A stretch of 64,000 nt of DNA. It comes from Eledone cirrhosa (lineage: Eukaryota). Where the stretch lies: positions 23,250,001 through 23,314,000 of the forward strand of contig OZ024743.1 in assembly GCA_964016885.1 (NCBI GenBank). Reading direction: 5' to 3'. Shown here in pieces: positions 1 through 13,372 of this stretch. Positions within the stretch are counted from its first letter, which is position 1, and every line of letters begins with the position of its first letter. Both the position numbers and the translations under genes were made by a program. A model generated the notes under the pieces. It was not told the origin of the DNA and ran no database searches. It saw only the letters and a list, made by a program, of their open reading frames with translations.

Positions 1-625
1 TTATCTCTGTCATTAATTAAAACAACACAAACCATCAAATGATCCTCTATATGGTTGGTCAATTTGCTAGAAACAGTAACCAAATCTCCTTCAAATCACA
101 TTTCACCATTTTAGAAAGGAAATGGTGGATAATATGGCTCTAAGTTCTGAACATGGAAAAAAAAAGTGGGATGGTCAGAGATGGAATACCTTTGTTCATA
201 GGTTTGCTAATTCATGGCTGACCTGAGGTTAAACAATAATAACTGAAGACAGATCAAACTAAATACTAATTTATTATACTTGTCCAATGCTAAAAGGTAT
301 CAGGGAAAAAACATAGTCTACTGAATTGGTCCCCTGTACACATCTAGTATTTATTTTAACCCTTCCATTAACAAATCGACTGAAACCACTCCTTGTTCTA
401 CAATACAAAGCTGTTTATTTTAAAGTGTTTATATTTATCTAAAAAAAATTCCATCATATGTAAGAACATTTGTTATGTTCCAAACAACAGCTTAATAATA
501 AGAAAGTTATATTATATCCTTCCGCAAATTCTTGATTATTTTCAAAATTCTTTGAAAATCATAAGCAGTGTCTTTCATTAGAAATATGGAAATGAAAGGT
601 ATAACGAAACATGGAGGAATAAAAT

Positions 626-850
626 TTAACCCTTTAGCATTAAAACTGGCTGTATCGGACCAGAATTCTCTCACCTCTTTCTGTTCAAACTGGCTGTAAC
701 TGGCCACTTATACTGATGTTAAGGCATTGTTCTCAAAATATATAGTATCAAAATCTCATAGATTTGATATTATGTGAGGTAAAGCCTTTAACATGAAAAT
801 ACAATAGTATATATAGAGTAATCTAAATTAATGTAAATATATAGAATAAT
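626..850. mobile_element. piggyBac-like MITE fragment
   Basis: Starts TTAA-CCCTTTAGC; matches the reverse complement of 6306-6531 and the copy at 10880-11056. Confidence 0.55.
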
Positions 851-1074
851 GTAAGTTCGTTTCAACTGGATTTGAAATCAGAACATATTAGTAAATAATT
901 GAAAACTATATAACCCAATTTGTTTGGTGTTCTGCTATAGCCAAGCCACTTGTGTGTACTAGTTTCAGTCAACCATCACAAATCAGCCTCTCCAAATTCA
1001 ACAGAGCCTCTAGACATAGAAAAAACTACATTACTCTTCCATACTAGATAAAGATGTATATGAACACACTGTCT

Positions 1075-1462
1075 GAATCGGTTCAGAAGAAATGACAGAG
1101 CTATGATCCGCTGGATGTGCGGTGTGACCACTGAGGATGATGTCAGCTCAAATGAGCTCCTGAAAAGACTGCTGATCAATGACGAGGACATGCTTTACAT
1201 GAGACACATGCACTGGTATGGCCATGTCGAGTGCAGTGAGGGCTGGATCAGCAACGTGATCAATGTCGATCCAGGAAAACCAAGAAGGACTTGGATGGAG
1301 GATGTTCGTCAGGATCAAGCTAGGCTTGGCCTGGCCTAAGTGAGACCAGTGGACAGAAACACATATAGCGGGACACTAAGTAGCACTGACAGGCAAGACT
1401 CACCCCTACTTAGGGATTAATTGTGCCCTGCATAATCAAAAACTGGATGATGACGATGATGA
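1075..1462 (+). mobile_element. RTE-clade LINE 3' fragment
   Basis: Translation MIRWMCGVT...HWYGHV...GKPRRTW is typical of the RTE ORF C-terminus; ends in a (GAT)n tail. Confidence 0.8.
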
Positions 1463-1984
1463 CACACAGACACACATGAGCACACACACAAGCACACAAA
1501 CGTGCACATACATGCATACCCACAAATATAAAGGCTATCATAGAAACATACTTCATTCACTCTATGACATTATATGTAAGTCACACATATACAAAGGTTG
1601 TTATTTCATAGAAACATTCTTCACACACTCTTTGACATTGTGTATAAGTCAGAACGTTCTCTTACTATACCTATCAGTGACTAACTTGTAAATAAATACC
1701 TCTTTTTACAAACATACAGAAATAGACTAATACCTAATATTACACACACTGACCTAAGCTGCTAACTTTCACAAGCTATACAGTTAAACAAAAATCCTAA
1801 CTTATCAACCAATATAAATATGCTACAATTACATCTTATATATATATACATATACATATATAAAACCTTACCTGTTTTCAGAGATTATAATAAATAATTG
1901 TTTGTACCATCTATGTGTTTTATTATTTCAATCTTTATGCAAACATGACAGACGTGTTCGGCAACATCTTAGTGGATATCTATG

Positions 1985-2150
1985 CCAACTGGGCAGTGGC
2001 ACTGCTGGGAAAGGACCCAAACAAGTGGGGGCCATAGATAATTTCAGGACCATAACTCTGTTAAACACAGAGTTTAAAATTTGGGCCATTGTGTTAATGA
2101 GATTGGCACTTTTCTTCGATGATCCTGCAGGGTAGATGCAAACATATGCC
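1985..2150 (+). mobile_element. L1/Tx1-like reverse transcriptase fragment
   Basis: DNFRTITLLNTEFKIWAIVL resembles the L1/Tx1 RT motif (YRPITLLNxDYKIL). Confidence 0.65.
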
Positions 2151-3411
2151 ATTCATATATGTATGTGTAGATGTGTGTGTGTTTCTAATTCTATTGTCTA
2201 TATATCTTTCTAACTAAACATGCACAAACATATATATACACTCGCTCAAATATTATATATAAATATAATTTACACAAATGCACATATACACAAACACTCA
2301 CATAACCATAACAGCCAATGTGTGCAGCCAATTTGCTATACACACAGGTGTAGTGAATGTTAGACGCTGCTTTCTGTATTTTGTCATCGCTCCTACCTTC
2401 CTCAGTCATCACTACTGTGTGACGGACAAATACACATTGTTTTTTATTATCTAGTAGATGGTTAAGAAAATTGGGTAAATTACATTTAAAAACAGAAAAA
2501 AACACTTTTTTCCCTCTCTAAGGATAATTTACACAATTCCCTCAACTATTATATATAGTGATCAACTGTTATTACAGTTATTTTCTGCATTTGGGACTCC
2601 CAGATTTTCAAATTTAATGGGTTTACGTGTCATAAATTAAAAAAAAAAAAATTTAGACTTTCTAGTTTTGGCAATTTCTGAGGAGACGCCCAAGTAATCA
2701 GCCAAACAAATATCATTAGGTAGTGGCCCCTATATGTATAGAGGTTGGTTACATTAGAAGGAAGAGACTGATAGTTGTAGTGTATTAAAGAGAATTATAA
2801 TCATATGTAATTGGACTCAGCAGCTTTCTAATAGTTGGTTTGTATGGAATACATACAACAACACTAAAGTGAAAGTTATTTCTAGATTGAAAAACTGTGT
2901 CTTTTGAGGCCAGAATCTTTGCTAATGCTAACAATAAGTGACTGGTTTCACCAGTGATATTAAAAGAACAAGAACAAAGCAGAGTGAGGTGAATATATGA
3001 CAACACTTTCTTTTTTGCAATGTACAATATTCTTCTTGGTTTTCATTCCATACTGTCCTTGACAATTCCAGTAGAATATTGTTTTTTTTTCTGTGAGAAT
3101 AGGTAACTAGGCCATCACTCAACTCTTCTTTATTTCTGAAGAAAGGGATACTTTGAATAGTCTCCCTTGACCTCTTCTCTCAAAAAACATAACATAGTTG
3201 ATTCAGAGAAAGAGAGGGGGAGAAAGAAAGAGAGAGAGAGGGAGAAAGAGAGAAAGAAAAAGAGAGAGATGAAAAACAAAGTTGAGCTCTACAGGATTTG
3301 AATTCAGAGCACAAAATGCCAGAACAAATAAAGAAAGGTATTCTAACTGATACTGTAATGACTCTACAAATTACAATAGTTGCACTCTTGAGTGTTATTT
3401 TTTCTTTCGTT

Positions 3412-3443
<32 letters not shown>

Positions 3444-3869
3444 CATATATATATGCACACATATATATATTACTATCTTATTTTTCTTCTGTCTTATATT
3501 CTTCTGTCTTATACATACCAAAGAATTATAAACCCATACTAGCATGAAAAATGGACATTAAACGATGATGAGTAGTAGTAGTAGTAGTAGTAGGAGGAGG
3601 AGGAGGAGGAGGAAGAGGACACAATCATTAGTACCTCAATGTCATGTTAACAAACCAAGCTATGAAAGAGTTACCGTGAATTGTCTTAACCATGTAATAG
3701 TAAAGTTTCTTTAACACTTAACTGCAACATAACACAACACAGATTCTTATGTAAAATTATGCTAGGTTTTCAGATAAATATAAACACTTTAAAAGAAACA
3801 GTTTTGTAAGGTAGAACTAAGGACAGTTTCAGGCAGTTAGGTATCAGAAGAGTTAATATTATAAAGCCC

Positions 3870-4075
3870 AAAAGGTAGTGGATTGGTAGAATCATTAGAA
3901 CATAAGATAAAATGCTTCACAGTATTTAGTTACACCTTTCTAATTTCTGAGGTTAACTTTGCCTTTCATCTTCCCAAGATTAATAAAATAAAGTACCAGT
4001 TAAGTATTGGAGTCGATATAGTTGATTTTTACCCTTCCTCCAAATTACTAGCCTTGTGCCAAAGTTAGAAAGAAT
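3870..4075 (+). mobile_element. tRNA-derived SINE (type 1, Meta-domain-like), degenerate copy
   Basis: Contains gaggttaactttgcctttcatc...aataaaataaagtaccag...ccttgtgccaaa, shared with many copies in the window. Confidence 0.7.
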
Positions 4076-4577
4076 TATAAAGCCCGTACCATTTCTTAGT
4101 CATGCTACCTGTTATATAACAAAATTAAGAAACATGAAATAGAAGTAATCTATGTTATGACAATGAGATATAGCCAAGAGGATTGAATTCATAGATTAGG
4201 GATATATCACTGCTATTGTATTCTTTCTCTAGCAAAGAAATGTTACAAATGCTACAACTATCATTCTCTGAAGATGTTTCATGATGACCCAAATTTCATC
4301 TAAATGTTTTAGGTTTTTCTTCAGGATTAGACATTAGTTCAGTTTTGAGCAGACACACACACACATATACACACACAAACACACTCACACTGATTAGAAA
4401 ACATTCATTCCCCACAAACATACAGATGTGTTGTATTGTTACAGTCTCTTCTATCCCTTCTTCAACAGTTCTTATTCCTCACATGCAATAAGTAAGCTGT
4501 GTATTTTCACAACCAAGAACCACACCAATCACCCACCGTCTCTGCTGGGTTTCACTCATAAAATTACACATTGGATA

Positions 4578-4616
<39 letters not shown>

Positions 4617-5597
4617 TGCTCACAGCAGAAGTTCAAGCTGAATGTCAGCTGCATCAACCTATCTAGAAGGTTCTGTAGACTCTGTAAGCATTGCTTCTTT
4701 CCTACAACTAATATATATATATATATATATATATATAATGGTAGATCAGTTTACCTAGCTGTAAACAGATACTTTGAGGTGGGAATAATTCAATGTTGTT
4801 ATAGTCAAGAAAAACACTGTATAATTGCCAAATATTTTATCTTGCCCTAATACATTCAGAATCTTCTCATTAGAAAGAAGAAGGCAGTTGAAAACCACTC
4901 CAATGTATTGTCTTTAATAGCCACAGACACATTTGGACTAAGCTCAAAAGTTCTCCATGCTATCAAAACAACTATTCAAAGGAACAATGAGAATTTAATC
5001 GAAAAATGAGAACATCAAAATATAAAAAGAAACTGCAAACCAAATATGAGAGATATATGAGGATCATCCAAAGAAACTGAGCTATGTAAGCACTATCATA
5101 GAAAGAATCCAGCATGAATGGATATGCATGTGTGATAAACAACTGAACCTAGTTAGATTAGATCTTCTAAGAAATAATTAGTTATTCAACCAATGGTCCC
5201 TTAACGTTTAGTCACAACACTAACTGAGTTGATCTATAACTATATAGGTCATGCCTTCCAGCCATGACCTATATCTACAACTGCATTATCTAATATATAA
5301 TTCCTTCTTTTAGAGTGTGATCTGAGGGAATTTGGCTTCTGTTTCAAACTGGTCAAACGGCCATCTAGAGGTCCTCTTATTGGCTCTAAGCAAGGGAATG
5401 GTACTTACTGATTACCTAGTTCTACAGACACAGTCAAGCAATAGCAAAATCTTCATGCACAAAATCAAAATGTCCAAGTAAAAAATTGTCTAAAGGTCGT
5501 ATGTAACTTATCTCTCCACATAAAATCATATATTCAACAAAAACTGACATTGCTATGAAAAATCAAAAGAACAAAAATATACACAACACTTTAGGAA

Positions 5598-6297
5598 AAC
5601 TCAAGAAATTTTGAGATTTTTTTCTTTCCAGGCACTTTTAATTGACCTACATAATTGTCACTCTAATACATTCTTGATATGGTTATAATAAACTAACATG
5701 CCAAATCTTTTTTTATTTTTTTCTCGGTTAAAGTTCAGACTGCTAGAGCACATTAAACACTATCTGTCATACACGTCATGTCACAGCTGACTGGTTACAC
5801 AATGCAGTTAAGACGTGAGGACAATAAAGTTTTGTTAAGCTCAGCAAAAATGCTACAGAAATCTATGAAATGGTCAAAACTGCTTATGGACTAACTTTCA
5901 TGACCTGATAAACTGTTTTCCACTGACAAAAGAAGTTCCAGGAGGGCAGGGAGCAGGGGAGGGATGAAAAGAAATGTGACAAGGAGAGGGACATCAGATC
6001 GCTAAAGCTGGTTGACATAATTCACAAATTCCTGGATGAGGACTGTTGTGCATATCTTCAGACGATTGCTAAACAATTTGAAATGACTGAGGGCACTGTG
6101 AGATCTGAGCATGCACAAAGTTTTTGCAAAATTTGTTCCCAGAGTGCTCAATGAAGATCAAAGGCAAAGGCATGAGCACTACAACAAGTGCATTGAAGTT
6201 GGAGGATTCTACTTTGAGGGAGACTAGAGTTTTGTGTTGATCTGAATTAAATAAATGTCTCTTTGATAAAAGTCTGAAAACCTCTTGAGTGTACCTG
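5598..6297 (+). mobile_element. Internally deleted mariner transposon
   Basis: Degenerate TIRs (actcaagaaattttgagatttt vs reverse complement of aaaagtctgaaaacctcttgagt). Decayed N-terminal transposase peptides (MVKTAYG, FQEGRE, KFVPRVLNEDQRQR) are fused directly to the C-terminal KCIEVGGFYFEG. Confidence 0.75.
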
Positions 6298-6305
6298 TTT
6301 TGTTC

Positions 6306-6531
6306 TTAACCCATTAGCCTTTACATTACTCTATATATACTATTGTATTTTCACGCTAAAGTATTTATCTCACATAATTTCGAATCTATGAGATTTTGAT
6401 ATTATTTATATTGAGAACAATACCTTAACATCACTATGAGTGGTTGGTTACAGCCGGTTACAGCCAGTTGGAACAGAAAGAGGTGAGAGAATTCTGGCCG
6501 GATATGGCCGGTTTAAATGCCAAAGAGTTAA
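6306..6531. mobile_element. piggyBac-like MITE
   Basis: TTAA at both ends (6306-6309, 6528-6531) with imperfect TIRs cccattagc / gccaaagag; two other copies in the window. Confidence 0.65.
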
Positions 6532-7117
6532 GACATAAATATATTAACAGAAAAATTGTCATAAAACACAACAGCTATAAAGTCAACCCGTATCATTACC
6601 ATATTTAATTAATGAAGATGGATTTACTAGAATTATCAATTATTTCATTATTAAGATGGTATTTGTAACACAACTTGAAGAAATAGTTCTATTATCAAAT
6701 TATGTTTGAAAATTTTAATTTATATAGGAACTCTTTGGTCAGGTTGGTACCAAAATAGTTAAGGCACTAGACTACATTAGTTCAGATCATATGTGTGCCA
6801 CTACCAAACAAGGTACCTGTATCTGCTTACTTCAGGTGGCTTGGTTGAACAAAAGAAAAATATTTATATTTGAGCAATACTTTTTTAGCCAAATTTGGCA
6901 TAGAGAAACTGAACAGAAACCTATCACATATATATATATCATCATCATCATTATCATCAACATGACCATCATCATTTTTGCATCTACTTGTTGGCATGGG
7001 TTGGATGAGATGTTTTGAATTAGCTAGGTTCCCATCCTGAGGCCAACCCTTTTAATTGATATTTACAATATGCAGGGATATGGTGCACCTATTCTATAAA
7101 TTGATATATATATATAC

Positions 7118-7369
7118 GGGTGATGTGTTGTGTCCTTGAGCAAGACACTTTATTTCACATTGCTCCAGTTTACTCAGCTGTAGAAATGAGATGATAGGGA
7201 CAGGGGTTCCTATCATTCCACTGTAAAGTGGACATGTAGGCGCCATGGTACAAAAGCACCCAACACTCACTGTAAATGAGGTTGATGTTAGGAAGGGCAT
7301 CCAGCTGTAGAAATCAAGCCAGAATCAGTTCCCGTCCCACCCTTGCAAGCAGGGAAAAGCGGACATAAA

Positions 7370-7410
<41 letters not shown>
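7118..7410 (+). mobile_element. SINE type 2 (CORE-like domain plus RTE-derived 3' tail), 5' truncated
   Basis: gttgtgtccttgagcaagacac CORE-like block, then ttaggaagggcatccagctgtagaa tail shared with the RTE LINEs and (GAT)n; near-identical to 16225-16520. Confidence 0.75.
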
Positions 7411-7430
7411 ATATATATATATATATATAG

Positions 7431-8840
7431 TAATAATAATAAATTTGAAGACTAAAATCGAAAGAGGGCTCGATAAAGAAAAATATATATCAAATATATA
7501 AGAACCCTAGAGCAAATATTTATTAAAATAACAGATTAAAGTTTAAGCAAAGAATCGCTGCTTTCACCCTTAATGGAATCTTCTGAAACTAAAAAAAATC
7601 AATCTGTGAACGCAGAAGTAAATATTTCGAAAAACGTTGCAACCGAAGGAAAACAGGAAGATGATACTTTGGTTCGTGAAGACGTTCCCTGGCAATGAAC
7701 GGAAAAAAGCGAAGATAATACGTTATTTTGTGGAGCGCTGAGAACAATTACACCCAAAGACGAAACCACGTTTATGGTATAAATGAAGTCGTAGACTAAT
7801 ATTCTATTTAGGAAACCCTTTAAGAAGGAATATGACGTCACTTTCAGCTTATATCTGGAGTTTAAAAGACAACCACACCCAATATAGGTTACATTGGGAG
7901 ATCCTAAATAAGGCTAGATCGTATAACAGAAATAAAAGACCATGCGATCTTTGCGCCGCTGAAGCCCTGGAAATACTCTACGCCAATGACACATCTTAAA
8001 CAAAAAATCTGAGGCAATTTCGGCTTGTAAATATAAATTGCATAAAACTTTTCTGTATTAGAGTCCCACTTCATACCCTACCAGATAGTACAAACAATAC
8101 ACGGATAATTTACGTCTTGGTGTGGTAGCTAAGTATATTTTATGTTTATACCATTACTTATTTGTATAGGTAAGTATACCTTACCTGTATGTTTTGTGAA
8201 GGTACGTATACTTTCTCGTACGTATATTTGCTTGTATTTGTTATAGGTGTATATATTATATTATATATACTGGTACAGGTGTATATAGTTATGTGTATAT
8301 GTGTATTTTGTGTTTGTGTGTGTATGCGTGTTTGCACGTATGTAAGGTGTGTATATGTGTAATTTGTGTTTTGGTTGACGTACGTTTAGTGAACATATGT
8401 GTATTTACCTGTAGTTATGTGTGTGTGTGCGTTATTTACGTATTTATGTATATATATTTATATACATTTATATAATTATATGTATACATACATGTGTGGA
8501 TGCGTGTATATTTAATTATTATTGATTTGAATAACCTCTGTCATTTTCGTTCTACTAATTTATTTACATTATTCTTAACTTTGAAGCCGAGAATCATTCG
8601 GTTTCCTAAATAGAATATTAGTCTACGACTTCATTTATTATCTTCGCTTTTTTCCGTTCATTGCCAGGGAACGTCTTCACGAACCAAAGTATCGTCTTCC
8701 TGTTTTCCTTCGGTTGCAACGTTTTTCGAAATATTTACTTCTGCGTTCACAGATTGATTTTTTTAGTTTCAGAAGATCCCGTTAAGGGTGAAAACAGCGA
8801 TTCTTTGCTTAAACTTTAATCTGTTATTTTAATAAATATG
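7431..8840 (+). mobile_element. Penelope-like retroelement remnant with GIY-YIG endonuclease C-terminus and inverted duplication
   Basis: 7832-8040 translates, with a frameshift, to TSLSAYIWSLKDNHTQYRLHWEILNKARSYNRNKRPCDLCAAEALEIL...LNKKSEAISAC, matching the PLE endonuclease C-terminus (LSxxIWxLK..W.I..CxLCxxE..LNxxxE..C). About 7515-7815 is repeated in inverted orientation at about 8602-8840. Flanked by (TA)n. Confidence 0.8.
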
Positions 8841-8852
8841 TATATATATATA

Positions 8853-9046
8853 ATGAAGGAGATGTGTTAAGGAACAAGATGGACCATAACGCACCAGAGT
8901 ACTCAATACTTATGGTAGTAGAGTGGGTAATAGTAAAATGTTTAACCCCGACGGCAGAGCTCAAGCCGTTTCGACGGCTATTTTTTTTAGGTCAGAAATA
9001 ACCGTCGAAACGGCTTGAGTTCTGTCGTTGGGGTTAAACATTTTCA
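8853..9046. repeat. TA-embedded fold-back element (family copies at 32905-33010, 57730-57903, 9945-10000)
   Basis: Hairpin 8935-9044. Shared block ggaccataacgcaccagagtac...gtagtagagtgggtaatag. Contains cGAAAcggc, resembling a hammerhead 3' half. Confidence 0.7.
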
Positions 9047-10006
9047 TATATATATATATATATATATATTAAAATTAAATGAGAAAAACTTATAAACAAG
9101 ATAGACGAAAAATGTTTCTATCTAACTTCACTTATATATAGATCTCCCTACCATAGTTTCATATTGGGAAGAATTATTATTGGAACCACCAATAATTCAA
9201 GAATCTGCCATACTCTTCAGAAGGGTTAACATTCTTCAAGTCTAAGAGAAATGGAACAAGATATAATACATACTGTTTCCAAAGCTGAGGAGGATGGAGA
9301 TGTAATAGCACATGTAGTGTTAGGTTCTCAAATCTCTTAAGGTATTATGACTACTTGATAGGCTTAGAATGTCGTTAAAAATAGCAGATATTCATATTCA
9401 TGCTGATGCTTATGTCTATGTTTAAAACTGTTGATTTTCTAGATGTTGTATTGATCTATACCCTGTAATTTCATAGTTTGCTAAACAGAGATTGATATAT
9501 TAAGTACCAAACCAAATAAGTACTGAAGCCAATATAGCCAACTAAAATCCTTGAAGCCTGTGCCCCAGCATGATCTAAGTCCAATAACTAAAGACACTAA
9601 AATTAAGAAATAAAATAAGAACAAGATCTACTTTAATTTCACAGTTGAGCAGTTAAAAAAAAGAAAGGCATTCAGCTGTGTAAACCTTATACTCAACAAC
9701 TTACTACATCATCCATACAGGAATAGAGAAATTAAAATGAATAAACCATTGATAAAAAGTTCTACAGTATAAATATAGAGGAACAGAGTCTGTTAGAATG
9801 CAGCACTGCAAATATGATGTTACTACTACAATTACTATAATGGCTTAACATATATATATATTCACAACAAATATGTGTGTGTATACTATATATAGGCTGT
9901 TGAAATGGCAAGAGCTCAGCTGTTGGTTCCCAACTCTTGATAATATAACCATACTATACTACCTCAAGTATTGAGTACTCTGTTGAGTAATGGTCTAAAT
10001 AGTTTT

Positions 10007-10039
<33 letters not shown>

Positions 10040-10045
<6 letters not shown>

Positions 10046-10169
10046 TAACAGATTAAAGTTTAATCTGTTATTTTAATAAATATTTGCTCTAGGGTTCTTA
10101 TATATTTGATATATATTTATCCTTATCGAACCCTCTTTGGATTTTAGTCTTCAAATTTATTATTATTAC

Positions 10170-10170
<1 letters not shown>
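10040..10170. repeat. Terminal fragment of the 7431 Penelope-like family (also 57632-57718, 60670-60752)
   Basis: Near-identical to the reverse complement of 7431-7545; short hairpin 10041-10075; lies between (TA)n tracts. Confidence 0.75.
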
Positions 10171-10202
<32 letters not shown>

Positions 10203-10206
10203 ATAT

Positions 10207-10239
<33 letters not shown>

Positions 10240-10276
10240 TATATACATATATATATACATATACATATATATATAT

Positions 10277-10321
<45 letters not shown>

Positions 10322-10334
10322 TACATGTACATAT

Positions 10335-10384
<50 letters not shown>

Positions 10385-10395
10385 GTGCATCTGTG

Positions 10396-10613
10396 TATGA
10401 GCATAGACTGAAAAGTTCATAGGCTGACTATGAAGGACTGATGCTAGAACTGTGAAATCCTACATTCATTAATTTCAACTCTTTTTATTAATAACTGCAT
10501 TGTTTCTTTCCCGAGATTATGTTGAAAAATAAACCTCATTTAGTCATTCCATGAGAGTAACTTGGTCTGCCTATAAACTTTTCAGCCTATGAACTTTTCA
10601 GTTGACCCTTGTA
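10396..10613. mobile_element. Tc1/mariner-type MITE
   Basis: TA-flanked TIRs: actgaaaagttcataggctga vs tcagcctatgaacttttcagt. Confidence 0.75.
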
Positions 10614-11377
10614 TGATGATGATGATGATAATCATGTTTTTTAGGACAGAAGTTTTGTGGCTGGATGCCCTTCCTATCACGAACCTATTTACACTATAGA
10701 CTGGGGGGATTTTATTGTGCTACCAATATGAAAGAGGTTATCTGTCAGGACTTAAAAATCTTCTATAATTTGTGTCAATTTCAATTCACTTTAACTGCTC
10801 TCCTGGATGAGTTGACCTTCTCTATGGCTTATGGAGCTCAATCTACACTGTGCAGACTTATTTGGAGCTCTCCTAAATGGGCTGTCTTGTTCAAACCAGT
10901 CGTAACTGACCACTCATACTGATGTAAGCATATTGTTCTCAAAATAAATATCAAAATCTCTTCGATTCGATATTATGAGAGATAATTATGTGAGGCAAAG
11001 CCTTCTCTGTGAAAATACAATAATAAATATAGAGTAATGTGAATGCTAAAGGGTTAATTTGATAGGGTGTAGTGTGAGGGGAGATTTGGTTGCTATTTCT
11101 AGCAGGTCAAACATCTATGTACAGGATTCATAAATGGCTTGAGTAGTATATGCTTATTGTTCTCAGTTGTATTTGCAGCAATTGCTAAGTTTCACCAGTA
11201 CAGTTTTTCTCATTTGTTATAATACATTATGTTATTTGTTAGTTCACCAGACAGATGGTGGTTTTTCTTGTTAGTAATGTTGTTTCAAAACCAGATGTAC
11301 CAGTATCAACAGTCTCTTTGAAAGACATTATTTTATTATAAGATATAGTGTTACCTAATATTATTTTGAAAATGGGC

Positions 11378-11598
11378 AGTGAATTGGCAGAATTGGTAGA
11401 GTATCGGACATGCTTAGCAGCATAGAGTTATGGCTCTTTACGTTCTGAGTTCAAAACCTGCCAAGGTAATCTTTGCCTTTCATCTTTATGGGGTTGATAA
11501 AATAAAGTACCAGTAATGCACTGGAGTTGATCAATTTAATCAACTTTCCCTTTCCCCCAAAATTGTTGGCCTTGTGCCTAAATCACAAACCATTATTT
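11378..11598 (+). mobile_element. tRNA-derived SINE type 1
   Basis: A-box-like tggcagaattgg, B-box-like gagttcaaaacc, and the shared central domain. Confidence 0.75.
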
Positions 11599-13276
11599 TG
11601 AAAATAGAGTGAAATGATTTGAAGAAACATTATCTCGAAACCAGGATGTTTGGGTAAAGAAAATACTTTGATGTCTGGCAACAGGACCATTAGGGACAGA
11701 TGGGTTAACTGGTTCTCACCTGACTCTCACTTCTGGTTCTGGGAAAATGTTCAGCCACACCGCAGCAACTGCTTCTCCTAGCAGGTTAAACTTAGTGAGA
11801 CCAGCCCTGATCATTATCATTAAAGATGTTCCCAACCATGACCCTTGAATCTTTGTATATCAAAGACTACAGTCCAATATTTCCTTCCTAGATTTTTAAA
11901 GATGGTATGGTATGAGGGAGAATTGGTTGCTATTTTTAGCCAGTCAAATAACTATCAAGAAGATCCCCACATTACATTCTCTCATCTAGAGTAATGGTTG
12001 TTTGTTCTTCAAGATTTTTTTTCCTGTTATTTGATTAACATAGAGGATTCTTTTCATAAGATTATAGGGAGTAATTTAAGGGAGATGTTAGCAATTTTTA
12101 GCAGGTTGATAGAACTGGGTAGAAGCACCATTATTGGCTCATGTTGTTATTTATTTAGCAATGTGGTATTTATTAATTGTTCAGCAGAATAACATTTAGG
12201 CATTCATTGATTGCCACTATCTTATCATTGCAATAATGTTTTGCTTATATATTTGTTGAAATCACTTTTGAGGTTTTATTGGCATAAGTTCATGATTTGA
12301 TCTTCCCCCTTCATGATTGAAGAGGTACAGTACATAGTAATGGGTAATCAATCCTAGTGACCTTTTCTGCCAGAAAATATGTTGTCTATTCTCATCATAT
12401 GGCTAAACTGAAACAATAAAAATACCGTGAAATATCTGAGGTGTATTTGAGCTCCAGATTCATGAGTTAGTAATTTGGAACTTTTTCTTTTCAACCATTT
12501 TACTTCTGATTGTTAGGAAATATTCCTTAAAATGAATAGTAATATTTACCCAGTCCACCCTGCAAAATAGTAGTGGCAGAGTCATGATAAAATGGCTTTA
12601 AAGGAGTTGTCATTAAGAAGGGTATCCAGCCATGGGAACCAAGTCCAAAATGGAACATATGAGCAAGATGTGATCATACGGCCAGTTCGGCTTCACTAAA
12701 AATCACTAAAAAGTTATTGCTGAATAAAAAGAATTCTCCAAAATGTAATAATAAAGAAAATAATAAAAATATAAAAAGAACAGTTCCACCATCTGTACAT
12801 TCTATGTTTATGTATTGTGAATCCCACTTAAAACTGACCATTCTGGGTAATGGATCTTATGAATCAACATAAAAGGGTTGATGTCAGGAACAGCCGCCAA
12901 CTATAAAATACTGCCTCAAAAAATTCTGTCCAACCCATGCCAGTATTGAAAAGTCAATATAAAAACAATGAGGATGATGATATATAGGAAGAACATCTAG
13001 TTGTAGAAAACCAACCAAAGAGATCTTTGGCTGCATCAAAGATATGACAACCTCCCTACTACTGGTGCAATGATAAAATGCACTAGATAGAGCATGGGAA
13101 TGTATGTTAGTGAGATGTAGGTACCTGGCCCACCTGAGAGGTCAGTAACTCCACTTGAGTACTGACTTGGTCTTTGAAGACATGTTTAGCCCTTGCTAGC
13201 AGCGAAAATGGATATTAAATAATGATGATGATGATATAAGTATGTTTATATTTGTGAGTTGTGTTTATGTGAGTGT

Positions 13277-13278
13277 GT

Positions 13279-13370
<92 letters not shown>

Positions 13371-13372
13371 GA
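13277..13372. repeat. (GA)n microsatellite
   Basis: Direct observation. Confidence 0.95.

Noticed and set aside
7638-7679. In-frame TGA codons in a C-N-R-x5-TGA-x4-TGA pattern upstream of the PLE endonuclease, suggesting Naiad-type selenocysteine
   Set aside because: The inverted duplicate (about 8692) has CGA at the first TGA, consistent with CpG decay. The frame has other stops and I could not identify a SECIS. A family consensus would be needed.
7672-7714. GTGAAGA-CGTTC..GAACG-GAAA hammerhead look-alike
   Set aside because: Lacks C3 and has no NUH or stem III after GAAA; lies in the decayed coding region.
10098-10420. Long YI/IY-rich ORFs here and at about 17219-17677, 39908, 51414, 54972-55501 and 58206
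   Set aside because: Translations of (TA)n/(TACA)n microsatellites, which lack stop codons; not genes.
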